Of a DNA stretch of 64,000 bases, positions 13,486 through 26,226 are shown piece by piece. Positions within the stretch are counted from its first letter, which is position 1; each line of letters starts with the position of its first letter. The notes beneath the pieces were generated by a model. That model searched no databases, had not been told where the DNA came from, and saw only the letters and a list, made by a program, of their open reading frames with translations. Position numbers and translations under genes: made by a program. Source of the DNA: Eledone cirrhosa (lineage: Eukaryota); NCBI GenBank assembly GCA_964016885.1, contig OZ024743.1, positions 50,902,001 to 50,966,000 of the forward strand. Direction: 5' to 3'.

Positions 13486-14157
13486 TGTGTGTCTATCTCT
13501 CTATCCTCCATATCCACCATCATCTCCATATATACTGTTGTTGTTTAGCCCCTAGGTCAGTCTGACCTAGCACACATAGGATCAAAGGCATTTCAGCCAT
13601 GATCATCCCATCTGTTGAGGAATGTGTAGAAATATGTTAAGGCAGTCAATTACCAGAGTTGTTAAAGCAATATAAAATAAGAACTAAAGTGTCTTGCTCA
13701 AGGACACAAGACTCCACTGGGAATCGAATTCATGACCTTCCATCCTGAACCAAAAACCCTAACCACTAATCTACAGGGATACCCTTAGATCAAATACCTC
13801 ATTCTGAATGCTTGCAACAGAGTGCACCCCACTAACAGATACCCAAGGACCAGGTAGGGTGTTGAACAAGTCAACACATTACCTGTAACCCAAGAACAGA
13901 TGCAATGCATCTGATGGGCTTCCACACAGTTTCTGTCTATGAAATTTTGCTCCTACAATTTTGGTTATTCCAATGCTGTGGTAGAAGACACTGACCTAAG
14001 GTGCTGTACTGCAGGTTTGAACCTGAACAATGTGGTTATAATGCAAAGCTCTTAATCACCTAGTCATGCCTGTTCCCATAGACACATGCTGCTGTATCAC
14101 ATATCATACTACAAAACACACCACTACATATATAGAAGAACAAAATAGAGTGAAAGT

Positions 14158-17152
14158 CAGAATCATTAAAATTAGACTAGTTCTAAACAGAACAACGGTG
14201 TCAATTATATCTGGTTATTCACCTCAATCTGGTCTATCAGACATACTAAAAGACAGGATATTTGAGTCCCTAATGCACACTACTTCTCAAATAAGCGGCA
14301 GTGACAACATAATCAGTGCAGGTGACTTTAATGTTGGGCAACACTGGCATCAATGAGATCCATGGAGGTTATGGGTTTGGTGCTATAAATGAAGGTTTCA
14401 GGCTCTTGGAATTCTGTGATGCCACTGATTTATCTATCTGTAACACAAGCTTCAAAAAATGAGACAATCACTTGATCACCTATAGATCAGGGGAGCAAAC
14501 TAGCTAGATAGATTTTTATCCTTACCAGAAGATGAGACAGAATGACGGTTGTAAATACAAATTCCCTCTCTGGTGAAGAATGCACCTCCTCACATAATCT
14601 TTCAGTTAGTGACCTTATAGTTAGGGCTAGAAGAACTTGATGACAGAGGACAACCTGGGGGAGAAGAATGTGGAAGTTGAAGGACTCCACATCCTGTAAC
14701 AAATTTAGAGGTATGTTGATTGATGCTTTTGAGAGTAAGGAAGAGCAAATAGAGACACACAATATAGAAGGTGACAAATGAAATCTGTAGTTGGAGCAGG
14801 TCTCTAGGGAGAAGAGAGTGATTTGGTGGTAGAATAGTAGGGGGAGGAGAAAATTAAGGGCAAAAGACAAGTATGGAAAGAATGGCAGAATGGGGGAAGT
14901 AGAGAACACAACCAGGAGGCCAGGAGAGAGCTAGGCAACAAGTGTACTTTGTAAGAAGGGAAGCTGGAAATAAACAATTTAAGCATGTTCTGCAATGTAA
15001 GAACTAAAGGCATGATATGTTCAGGATTGCAAGACAATGTGTCAGATAAAATTGTGATGTCGTTGAGGAGAAGAGTGTCCATGATGATAATGGAGTACTT
15101 GCCCTCAATGATACTGATAAAAAGGTAGCATGGAAGTGCCACTATGAAAGACTACTAAATGAGGAGAATGATTTGGATAAAGATAGTTTGCCCCAAGTCG
15201 ACCCAACAGAGGGACCAGCTGTGCAAGTTAGTAGTAATATAGTAAGTAAGGCAGTCAAGGATATGAAGACTGGCAAAGCAGCTGGACCTTTGGGGATAGT
15301 TGCTGAGATGCTGAAAGTATCTGGGATGGTGGGTCATGGCATGGCCACCCATATTGTAAACCAAGTAATACAAAACAGTGTCATACCCAATGACTGGCGT
15401 AGTAGAATCATCATCAACTGCTATAAGGGCAAAGGAGACACCCTAGACAGAGAAAACTATAGGGGCATTAAGTTGGTTTACCAGGTCATGAAGGTCACAG
15501 AGTTATCACACAACTGATTAGAGACCAAATTAACTTAGACGAGATGCAGTTTGAATTTGTGCCAAGTAAAAGTACCATGGATTCTCTCTTCCTTGTGAAG
15601 CAATTGCAGAAGTACCTAGCTAAAAGTAAACCCCTCTACTTAGTTTTTGTTGACTTGGAGAAAGCCTTTGACAGAGTCTCCTGTTCCATTATTTGGTGGG
15701 TTCTTAGAAAACTAGGAGTAGATGAGTGGCTTGTGAGAGCTATACAAGCCATGTATAGTGAAACAGTCAGCAAGGTTAGAATTAACAATGACTATAGTGA
15801 AGAATTTAGCATGCTGGTGGATGTTCATGAGGGCTCCATCCTTAACCCTCTCCTGTTTATTATTGGCCCACAGGCTATAACAGAAAAGTTTAAGACTGGC
15901 TACCCATGGGAATTTCTGTATGCAGATGATCGAATCCTCATAGCTGAATCTATGGCATAGTTAGAGAAGAAATTCAAAAGGTGGTCTTAAAGTTAACTTG
16001 TCAAAGACTAATGTCTTAGTATGTAGGAAGGAAAATAGGGCCCAGATTCCCACTGGGAAATGGCCTTGTTCAGTTTGCAGGAAAGGATTGGGTAGAAATT
16101 CCATCCTATTTCCCTGTTGCAAGCTATGGGTACATAAAAGATGTAGTGGGATCACAGGCAGGCTATCAGAGAACGTAGGTTTTATATGCGGCCAATGCAC
16201 AGGTGCAGTAAGTAGCATGTGCCCACAGGATACTAGCTCCTTCAAATGTCCAGGCAGCTCTAGAAATAGTCGACAATTTCTGTTACCTGGGTGACAAAAT
16301 TAGCAGTGGAGGAGGGTGTCCCAAAAGTACAGTAGCCAGAGTAAGAATGGGATGGAGAAAGTTCAGGGAGCTACTATCGCAGCTAGCTACAAAAGATGTT
16401 TCCCTTAAAATGAAGGGAAGATTGTATGTGAACAGCAATGTTGCATGGTAGCAAGACCTGGGCACTGTGTGCAGAGGACTTGCGAAGATTAGAAAGAAGT
16501 GAAGCCCGCATGCTCTGATGGATGTTTAATAGTAATATACATGTACAGCAAAGCATAAATGAATTGAGGGAGAAACTAGGAATAAGAGGGATCAGATGCA
16601 GTGTGCAGGAGAGGAGATTGCGTTGATATGGTCATGTGATGCTTATGTGGGATGACAGCTATATTAAAAGGTGCAGGGTGATCAAAGTTGATGGAAGCTG
16701 TGGAGTAGGAAGACCTGGAATAAGGTGATAAAAGATGACCTTGTATAATTGCACCTCTCAAAGACAAGGATGCAGGATTGAGATCTTTGGCACTATGCAG
16801 TAATACAGAAGACCTGCCTTCCCATGTGCACAGACTGATGCATACATCTATAATGCACCTCTTAACCACTATCCTCCCTCCCCCTCTATACATCTCCCAC
16901 ACCCTAACACCCCACCCACATCTGATCACACCACCCTTCTCCCTAGTCACCAGTCCACACTGTAAAGTTGTTGTGTTAGTATCACAACAAAAAGCATCCT
17001 ACCCACACTGTAAAGAACATCCAGCCATAGAAACCAAGCCAGAAACAGCTCTGTATGTGCAAGACATGGTCACCTGACCCGACTTGCCTCAAATGGGACA
17101 ACCCGTCTAACCCATGCTGGTGTGGAAAATAGACATTAAACAATGATGATGA
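14158..17152 (+). mobile_element. Long decayed RTE-clade LINE (APE-RT-PHD-3'UTR)
   Basis: APE motifs GYSPQ and AGDFN; RT motifs DLEKAFDRV, GSILNPLLF, LYADD; CSVC..HKRC..CGQC finger; (gat)n tail. Confidence 0.92.
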
Positions 17153-17499
17153 ATGACTTCAACATTATCATTACACATACACACACATGCTACAACAAAC
17201 ATCATGCACACATACACACGCAATACAAATTCACATACACAACTAACCCAATAAGAGGGACTATACATGCTGAAGATGCTAGAAATAGCAGTAAAAATCT
17301 CCTTCAAACCATACCATGCCATCTTAAAAAAAGGAATACATGAGATAATATCATCCAGGGTAGCCATGTCCTTAAAAAACGAAGATGGCGATGGCTTTTG
17401 ATGATAGGCTTGCGGGATCACAAGTCAGGCTAAGGCTAAACAAGACCCACCTGAAACCTCCCTTGTTTCTACAAAACTCTTTATTTTAAAGAGTTTATA

Positions 17500-17750
17500 T
17501 TTGGTGTAGAGCAGTGATAGCAGGCCCCCTATCTTGTTGGGGATTCCATAAGCCTGTAAGATCTTCATCAGGCAGTGACGATCCACAGAATCAAAGGAAG
17601 ACAGAGGTTAACATATGTTGATGCCCTAAAGACAGACACTGATCTGTTGGAGACGCAGGACATGGCAGCGATAATGAGGGACAGAGACCGCTGGAGAGAA
17701 CTCGTCCATGGATCTCGGCAATTTTACCCACCCTAGATATATAGATAGAT
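17500..17750 (+). mobile_element. 3' end of a second RTE-like LINE family
   Basis: Translates as LTYVDALKTDT..IMRDRDRWRELV; ends (gata)n. Confidence 0.55.
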
Positions 17751-17881
17751 ATTTATCAAAAAAACCTTCCATTGTAATTTTATGGAAGAACATTTATGTT
17801 CCTAACACCAGCTTAATTATAATCCCGCCAAATTCTTGATTATTTTGAAAATTGTTTTAAAACCATACGTACCTGCCACAT

Positions 17882-18886
17882 CATACACATTCACCATGCA
17901 CATACATGTACACATACATATACACACACACAGCACTTACATATCTCCACACCCAATTACATACACAGTCATATACATATACCCATTCACAACATACCAC
18001 ATATATACAACATGCATATACACACATATACCACACATATACACACATATACCACACATACACTCCACACACATACACTCCACATATATACCACACATAC
18101 ACTCCACATATATACCACACATACACTCCACACATACACTCCACACATATACCACACATTTACCACACATACACTCCACATATATACCACACATACACTC
18201 CACACATATACACACATATACCACGCATACACTCCACATATACCACATATATACCTGCCTCTATACACCCCACATACACTCCACATATATACCTGCCTCT
18301 ATACACCCCACATATACCACATATATACCTGCCTCTATACACCCCACATATACCACATATATACCTGCCTCTATACACCCCACATACACTCCACATATAT
18401 ACCTGCCTCTATACACCCCACATATACCACATATATACCTGCCTCTATACACCCCACATATACCACATATATACCTGCCTCTACTACACACTGCTTATAC
18501 AAATAAACTCTTCCTATCTAGGCTTGTGTGTGTGTGTGTGTATCTGTATCTCTGTGTGTGTGTATCTCTATGTAAGTGTGTGTGTATCTATGTGTGTGTA
18601 TATCTGTGTGTGTGTGTATCTACATGTGTATATCTGTGTGTGTGTGTATCTACATGTGTATATCTCTGTGTGTATATATCTGTGTGTGTATCTACATGTG
18701 TATATCTGTGTGTGTGTGTATCTGTATATCTGTGTGTGTATCTGTATATCTCTGTGTGTATGTGTATATCTGCGTGTGTGTGTATATATCTGTGTGTGTA
18801 TGTGTATATCTGTGTGTGTGTGTGTATCTGTCTATATGTGTGTATATCTGTGTGTGTGTGTATCTATGTATACCTGTGTGTGTGTA
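17882..18886. repeat. CA-rich then GT-rich low-complexity repeats
   Basis: cacatatataccacacatacactc and gtgtgtatatct reiterations. Confidence 0.9.
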
Positions 18887-18998
18887 TCCACCACCCTCAC
18901 ACATCCACCACACAGCTCTCTATTAGTCAACATAAACAAAAGGTTTTAGTTAAGAGAAACAGCAATGACTTCTGAAAACCTCTTCAGAAATATGGGCT

Positions 18999-19287
18999 AA
19001 AGGGTTGTGCCTATAGCCTATTTTGGTCTACTCTGTTCTGAAAGGGTTGTGCCTATAGCCTATTTTGGTCTACTCTGTTCTGAAAGGGTTGTGCCTATAG
19101 CCTATTTTGGTCTACTCTGTTCTGAAAGGGTTGTGCCTATAGCCTATTTTGGTCTACTCTGTTCTGAAAGGGTTGTGCCTATAGCCTATTTTGGTCTACT
19201 CTGTTCTGAAAGGGTTGTGCCTATAGCCTATTTTGGTCTACTCTGTTCTGAAAGGGTTGTGCCTATAACCTATTTTGGTCTACTCTG
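18999..19287. repeat. 42-bp minisatellite, ~7 near-identical units
   Basis: aaagggttgtgcctatagcctattttggtctactctgttctg. Confidence 0.97.
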
Positions 19288-19649
19288 GAAGGCTTTTTAC
19301 CTTGGTAAGTTTTATAAGCCATATTTGTATGTCTTTGAGACAGCCAGTGTGAATGCATTTGAATGAGCATGCAGACAGCATAACTATAGTCTGACCACAG
19401 GTGTGCAGGCATGTCTAGACATTAACCGGCAATTGAGATCTTAAAATTGGAAAAAACGACAGTCAACTGGGTCAAGGACACTTTGAGTGCAGCCAGTTAG
19501 AATCTTGTCTTTCATTCACCAATAACAATGTATTTCATGTCTGAAATTATTGACTCAACCGTAACGAGTTAACACTATGTAGATCTATTTTATTCCCTAT
19601 TGTATAAATAATATTACAAATAAAAAAAGAAAAGAAAAAACGGAAGCGA

Positions 19650-19963
19650 GTAGCACACACATCTAGGACCACATACAACACATAACCAGATAATACACAC
19701 ATCTAGGACCACATGCAACACATAAGGAGGTAGCACACACATCTAGGACCACATACAACACACAGGCAGGTAATACATACATCTAGGACCACATACAACA
19801 CATAATCAGGTAATACACACATCTAGGACCACATACAACACACAAGCAGGTAATACATACAGCTGGGACCACATGCAATACATAAGCAGGTAATACATAC
19901 AGCTGGGACTACATTCAACACACAGGCAGGTAATACATACATCTAGGACTACATACAACACAC
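19650..19963. repeat. 40-bp minisatellite, ~8 units
   Basis: gtaatacacacatctaggaccacatacaacacataagcag. Confidence 0.92.
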
Positions 19964-19967
19964 ATTG

Positions 19968-20362
19968 TATCATGTACTACGGAGGACACAAGAGCAATGG
20001 TCAGCCAACATAAGGGTTTCGTCACTCTTCTGAAGAGAGAAAATCTATCTGTATTTGCTGTTCATTGTGTCATTCATCGACAACATTTGGCTGCAAAGAA
20101 ACTCAGCAAGCCGCTGAGCAAGTCCTTGCAGGTGGCCATTGATGTCATCAATTTTATCAAACGGCATTCCCTCAATATTGCTCTGCCTTTTCCAAGCTCA
20201 TACTTAGTTGAGAGGAGGTTTGGTGCTGTTTCCAGACTGCACAGTAAGTCTCGCAACCACTACAATGTAATTACACGCGGAGATCTCTGGCTACGTCTTA
20301 GGAAAATTCAGCCTCACGTCAAAGAGTTAGCTAGACTCCATGAAGCTCAAGGGTCCCATTGA
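19968..20362 (+). pseudogene. Internally deleted hAT (Buster/Charlie, ZBED8/SCAND3-like) transposase remnant
   Basis: HCVIHRQHLAAK (CxxH motif) joined directly to the C-terminal dimerisation region LPFPSSYLVER..RGDL.LRL..IQP..AQGSH. Confidence 0.8.
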
Positions 20363-20724
20363 AATGAGGTCAAAGTTAAAGTAAGTTGATTTATCCAAAA
20401 ACTTGGATATGCTATTGTTACAAAGCAAACTAACAATTTTTTTATTTGTAGTTGCAGTCTGACTGGACTGGAAACCATCTACTACAATTCACTTACTCAT
20501 TTGTTGTATATATTTTACCATTTACTAATAAATATACCCTCCCACGTGGTCATGAAAACCCTCCTTCGAGGTCTCTAAGCTCACAAAGCAGAGAGGTTAG
20601 ATATCAACATTTATTCTGTCCGTTTCATTAAAGGGAAAATTAGAAAGCTTTGAAATGATATAATTGCCACTTTCTTCCAGATAAGAGCACTCTTGAGATA
20701 GACAGAGTTGCTCTTGTATAAATG

Positions 20725-21213
20725 TTAGCATTAAATCGGCCATATCTGGCCAGAATTCTCTCACCTCTTTCTGTTTAAACTGGCCGTAACTGGCCACTCA
20801 TACTGATGTTGAGGTATTGTTCTCAAAATAAACACTATCAAACTCTCGTAGATTCGATATTATATAAGATCCCCCACGGGTACAAGCCGAAGCTGAAGCA
20901 TATAGACAATATGCCCCCAGCCCCCTCCCACTGCAAAGTGGTCATGGAGGTGCCAAGGCAAAAAAGCACCCAGCCCACACTGTAAATGAGGTTGGTGTTA
21001 GGAAGGGCATCCAGCTGTAGAAATCAAGCCAGAATCAGAACCCATATGAGCAAGACAAGGTCAGCCGACTGGACACTGCCCACAACAGGACAACCCGTCT
21101 AACCCATGCTAGCGTGGAAGAATGGACGTAAAATGGTGATGATGATTACGTAAGATAAAGCTTTTACAATGAAAATACAATAGTATATATAGAATAATAT
21201 AAATATTAAAGGG
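20725..21213 (-). mobile_element. piggyBac-type MITE copy interrupted by an RTE 3' fragment (20871-21146)
   Basis: MITE body ggccatatctggccagaattctctcacc, end aaaggg-TTAA; insert flanked by attatataagat / attacgtaagat (likely TSD). Confidence 0.75.
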
Positions 21214-21387
21214 TTAAACATGTCAATTCAATGTTGTTTTGAATATAGTACACCTGTAGTTTAAGTACATAGGCACACATTTATTAATATTAATGAACAC
21301 ACTCCCCTTAGGACTTGTATGATTTATATATATATATATACATACATACATACGATACTTATAATGTGTGTGTGTGTATATATATAT

Positions 21388-22016
21388 ATCATCATCATCT
21401 TCATTTAACGTCAATCTTCCACGCTAGCATGGGTTAGACGGGAGTTGTCCCACTTGAGGCAAGGTTGGTCGGGTGACCGTGTCTCGCTTATATAGGACTG
21501 TCTGGCAGGTTTTCTACGGCTGGATGCCCTTCCTAACACCAACCACATTTACAGTGTGGACTGGGAACTTTTTACCGTGTTACCTACACGGCCACATTAC
21601 AGCGTGGACTGTGTTTTTTTTCTCATGACACCTACACGATCTCAATCTCATTATCTCATTTATTTGGACTGGATGTTGTGGTACCAACTTGACAGAGAGA
21701 GGGTGGTGTTGGTGGGAGTGGGAGGATAGGGTAGGAGTAGTGGATTGGGGTGTATATTTGGTTAAGAGGTGCCTACTGACTGTAGGTTTCGCTTTGTACA
21801 TAGACAAGGCGGGTCTTCTGTATTACTGCGTAGCGCCAAAGATCTCGGTCCAGTGACATTGTCTTAGAGAGGTGCAAGTGTGTAAGGTCGAAATTTATAA
21901 GATCGTCCCTGGTTTTTTTGGGTCTACCTACTCCGTAACTACCATCAATTTTGATCGCCCTGCACTTTTTTATACAGCTGTCGTCTTTCATGCGCATCAC
22001 GTGGCCATATCAACGT
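21388..22016 (-). mobile_element. RTE 3' fragment
   Basis: MRMKDDSCIKKC..GRPKKT ORF end plus 3'UTR; both ends in (TA)n. Confidence 0.88.
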
Positions 22017-22057
<41 letters not shown>

Positions 22058-22311
22058 CACATACATGCACATGTCAAAATTTGCTAATCTATATTTCAAT
22101 AATTTACCATACGTAATTGTCTGAATATAAAAAAAAAAATATTGATTAATAAAACCTGAACTATTTATAATTTTCAATTCACAATTACAGAATTAAGTTT
22201 TTAATCTAATATTTTAAAAGAAAATATTTCTCTAAACATGACTGATAATTACTTAAACTTTACAAAAGCAGTAGGAATTCTATACAATGCAGAGTAAACC
22301 ATCAGTACTCG

Positions 22312-22604
22312 TGAGACATGGTAGGTGACAGGGTGACAGGCTAACATTGTATGTGACAACTTATGAGACATGGTAGGTGACAGGCTAACATTGTATGTGA
22401 CAACTTATGAGACATGGTAGGTGACAGGCTAACATTGTATGTGACAACTCATGAGACATGGTAGGTGACAGGCTAACATTGTATGTGACAACTTATGAGA
22501 CATGGTAGGTGACAGGCTAACATTGTATGTGACAACTCATGAGACATGGTAGGTGACAGGCTAACATTGTATGTGACAACTCATGAGACATGGTAGGGTG
22601 ACAG
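22312..22604. repeat. 44-bp minisatellite, ~6.5 units
   Basis: tgagacatggtaggtgacaggctaacattgtatgtgacaactta. Confidence 0.95.
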
Positions 22605-22810
22605 GAAATCTAGCCTTTGTATGTGACAGATGCACAGTTGTAAGAGCAGTAGTGTAATATACATCTTCCAGTCCAGGTAGAATACCATAGAAGTAGTTGA
22701 TAGCTTCTTTTACCTAGGTAGCTTAATTAGTTGTGGAGGAGATTGCTCTGATCATAGTAACTAGAATACGAACGGGGTGGGAAATGTTCAGGGAGCTACT
22801 GCCTTTCTTT
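22605..22810 (+). mobile_element. RTE ORF2 fragment
   Basis: Translates as FVCDRC..EVVDSFFYLG..RIRTGWEMFRELLP. Confidence 0.7.
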
Positions 22811-23930
22811 TACCGTTTAGTCAGAAAGGGAAGGGCAGTGCCTTTGACCCTTTCCAGGGTTTTGGAGTGTGATTAAAGTATCCTGAAACTGGACACCTGA
22901 CCAAAATACTTGCAACAGACTGGACTCTCCTAAAAGCACCTATATACCAGGTGTTGGTGGTAGATAACTGATTAGGTTTACCACCCAAATAGACCATAGA
23001 ACTTAGAATGCAAAGAAACCAGACAAATACCATCTAGTAGTTCTGCCAATCCACTACCTTCATCTCGTACTTTCTTATATTGACTTGAAAAAGGAGGAAA
23101 GGCACAGGTAACTGGAGTGGGATTTCAACTCAGAGTGCTGAAAGCTGGAACAAATACTGCAATGCATTTTATTCTTCAATCTAATAACTCTGCCAATTCA
23201 CCACTTAGCAATTTATATTATAGTAACTTTCAGCATTTTTGTCTGTCTGTCACATGAACACTATGCTCTGTCAAAAATTTTGTAAAATTTTATACCAGAA
23301 TTGATGCAACACAAATGTAAGACAAAAGGAGGCGGAATGTTCTAATATACTTTCATTCATACCAGAAATGAACATTTTCTGTTACCAGTCTCTCTCTCTC
23401 TCTCTCTCTTATATATATAGATATGTGTGTGGGTGTGTGTGTGTAATGGAAAATAAATGTAAAATGGGGATGGCATGTGTGTGTGTAATTCACAAACAGC
23501 TTCCTTAAAGTTTGGTGAAGAAACCAAATATAAGCCCCCTCCCCTATTTTATGAGAATTGGTCAAAAAGCCAAACCCTGTTTATAAGCTGAGACAGCTAA
23601 TCAACATATTGTTTAGATGACATATATATATATAAGCGCCCCCATTGATTTGGAGGTCACATGTTCCTCGGCTTATATTCCAGTATATACAGTAAATATT
23701 CTGTCCATCTATAAAACAATGGTTATGTACTAGTCATAACAGTTTCTAATTGAGGCATAAGGCCTGCAATTTGGAGGAGGAGAAGTTGATTATGTCAATC
23801 TCAGTACTTGACTGGGACTTTATCTTATCAATCCTGAAAGGATTAAAGGATAAGTTAACCTCGGTAAGATTTGTACACAGAACATGAGAAATAGTTTAAG
23901 ACATTTTGCCCTATGTATTAACCCTTTACC

Positions 23931-24280
23931 ATTTACATTATTCTATATATACTATTGTATTTTCACAGTAAAGGCTTTACCTCACATAATATCTCACATA
24001 ACATTTACATTATTCTATATATACTATTGTATTTTCACAGTAAAGGCTTTACCTCACATAATATCTCACATACCATTTACATTACTCTATATATACTATT
24101 ATATTTTCACAGTAAAGTCTTTACCTCACATAATATCTCACATAACATTTACATTACTCTATATATACTATTGTATTTTCACAGTAAAGTCTTTATCTCA
24201 CATAACATTTACATTACTCTATATAGACTATTGTATTTTCACAGTAAAGTCTTTACCTCACATAATATCTCACATAACAT
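23931..24280. repeat. 72-bp array, left part (~5 units)
   Basis: ttacattactctatatatactattgtattttcacagtaaagg(a/c)tttacctcacataatatctcacataacat. Confidence 0.95.
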
Positions 24281-24489
24281 CTCGTATACGAGAGACGTGT
24301 GTTGACGTGTGTGAACAAGCTCGGCTACCGAGTTGGATTTACTTACTCAAAAGTGAGTTTTGATTAATTTTTTATACTGTAATATACGTTAACCCCTTGC
24401 CTTGGTCGTCAAACTTTGAGTTTATTTATTTTCGCCCCTTTTTGGGGCGAATTTTCCAGTTAAAAATTTATTACGGCAAACTAATAGAA

Positions 24490-26221
24490 ATGGACGGAAT
24501 TTTCACATCTCATCCTAACGAGAAAGCCACGCCCCCTAAGAAAGGTGATACAGAGAAGCTAGAAGCACAAGGCTCTAAGTCTTCCCTCCTCACTTCTGCA
24601 AAAGAAACATGGAACATGGAATTAAAAGAAAAAATTGTAAAAATGGGTGAAAACCCAGAAAGTCACATAAACGCAGACAAAAACAACAATGACAATAACA
24701 GCAATAGTCACAACACCAACCAAGGAAAAAATAACGATAACACCAAACAAAGCGAACCCACTACTGGTGCCTCCTTTGCACAGGCAGTCCGGAAAACACA
24801 GACCTGCAAGCAACTGGACATTACAACTCTGAGAGAAAAGATGAAGGAAGCAAAACAGTATGTAACTTTCAAAGAAGGAGGAGACTTCACAATCACCTCC
24901 CCACAAGAAATCAAAAGAGACACGACACTAAGAACGATATCTTTCAGAACAATTTCCAACATAACAAGGAAACCAGCTCAATTATCCCAAAAAGAAATTG
25001 AGCTGGTCCTAAAAAATGTGTGGAGTGATATATCGTTCATACAAAAAGGGCCACTCTATGGGAATATAACGGTGCTAATGAAGGATCAATTGACGGCCAG
25101 GAAATACTCTGTGGCGCCAATTGTTTCCAAGCTACACACATTTTTCCCCCACATACTTAGGGAAAAGAACGCAGAAAATAAGTCTCCGGAATCCGGCCAA
25201 ATGCATGCATTTCCTGGGTACTAACAGGATTTTTAGACGACGAGGACGGAATCCTCTCAGTAGGAGAAGTCACCACAGACGTTTTCGGCGGTTTGAGCGT
25301 GGAGGTTCTGGTCCAAATGAGACCAGAACGAATAGCTAGAATACCACAGAGGGTGTCCCTCGATGGAGAAACATTTATATACATTTCAGCTGAGGGTAGG
25401 AGGCCCATATGTTACTACTGTTCAAGCAGGGGTCATCTAAGGGCTGCCTGTCCTCAATTGACAAAAAAAAGGCTCTTTTGCCTACACCCCACACACCACC
25501 ACCACCTCCACCACCACCACAACAACAACAAAAATAACACGGAAAAATAACACAAGACACGGCCCCACCCAAAACAACTTCAAAAACACACACAAACACA
25601 ACAAAACCCCAAAATACACCACTACCCGACAGCACGGACGAGGACCCAGCTGAAACGGCACCTAGTGACGAAGAGGGGGGACCCTTCCAACCTGTAAAAA
25701 GGAAAAAAAGAAAGCACCACTCGAACATAAACAAAACAAACACACAACCACCAACAAAAACAAAACAAACAGAACAAACAAAATCCGCCCCACCCCAAAA
25801 CATAACACATACAACAAAACGTAAGCACACACAAGAACAACAAACAAACACAACACAAATAAAACAGTATACATACATTAACACAAATAACAAAGAACTA
25901 GTAAAAACAATACACAAAGACGCTTCGGTGGAAACTGAAGGGCAATTCTTTGCAAGCGCGGCCAACAAACCGCATTTAAAAATGATAAGACTCCCAATGG
26001 ACACCTATGCAAAACTAAGAGAGAACTTTCCTGAGGACGTGGGGAAAACATGTACTCGACCCTATAACCGCATGCTCTTGAAACGTTTCCCACCCACACC
26101 TCACCAAACACCCCCACTCCACCACAGAACAACACCCCACCAAACAACCCCTCCAATACGCCCATGGATATTGTGCAACCTGCTCCTCAGGAGCCGAACA
26201 GGTAGGTCCTTCCTCTTTTAA
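24490..26221 (+). pseudogene. Tx1 ORF1 (gag-like, zinc knuckle), frameshifted
   Basis: ATG at 24490, SFAQAV motif, CYYCSSRGHLRAAC (CX2CX4HX4C) near 25410, K/T/Q-rich tail; several frameshifts (near 25150, 25180, 25470 onward). Confidence 0.8.
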
Positions 26222-26226
26222 CCAAC

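Noticed and set aside
17836-18975. His/Thr- and Cys/Val-rich ORFs
   Set aside because: CA/GT microsatellite translation.
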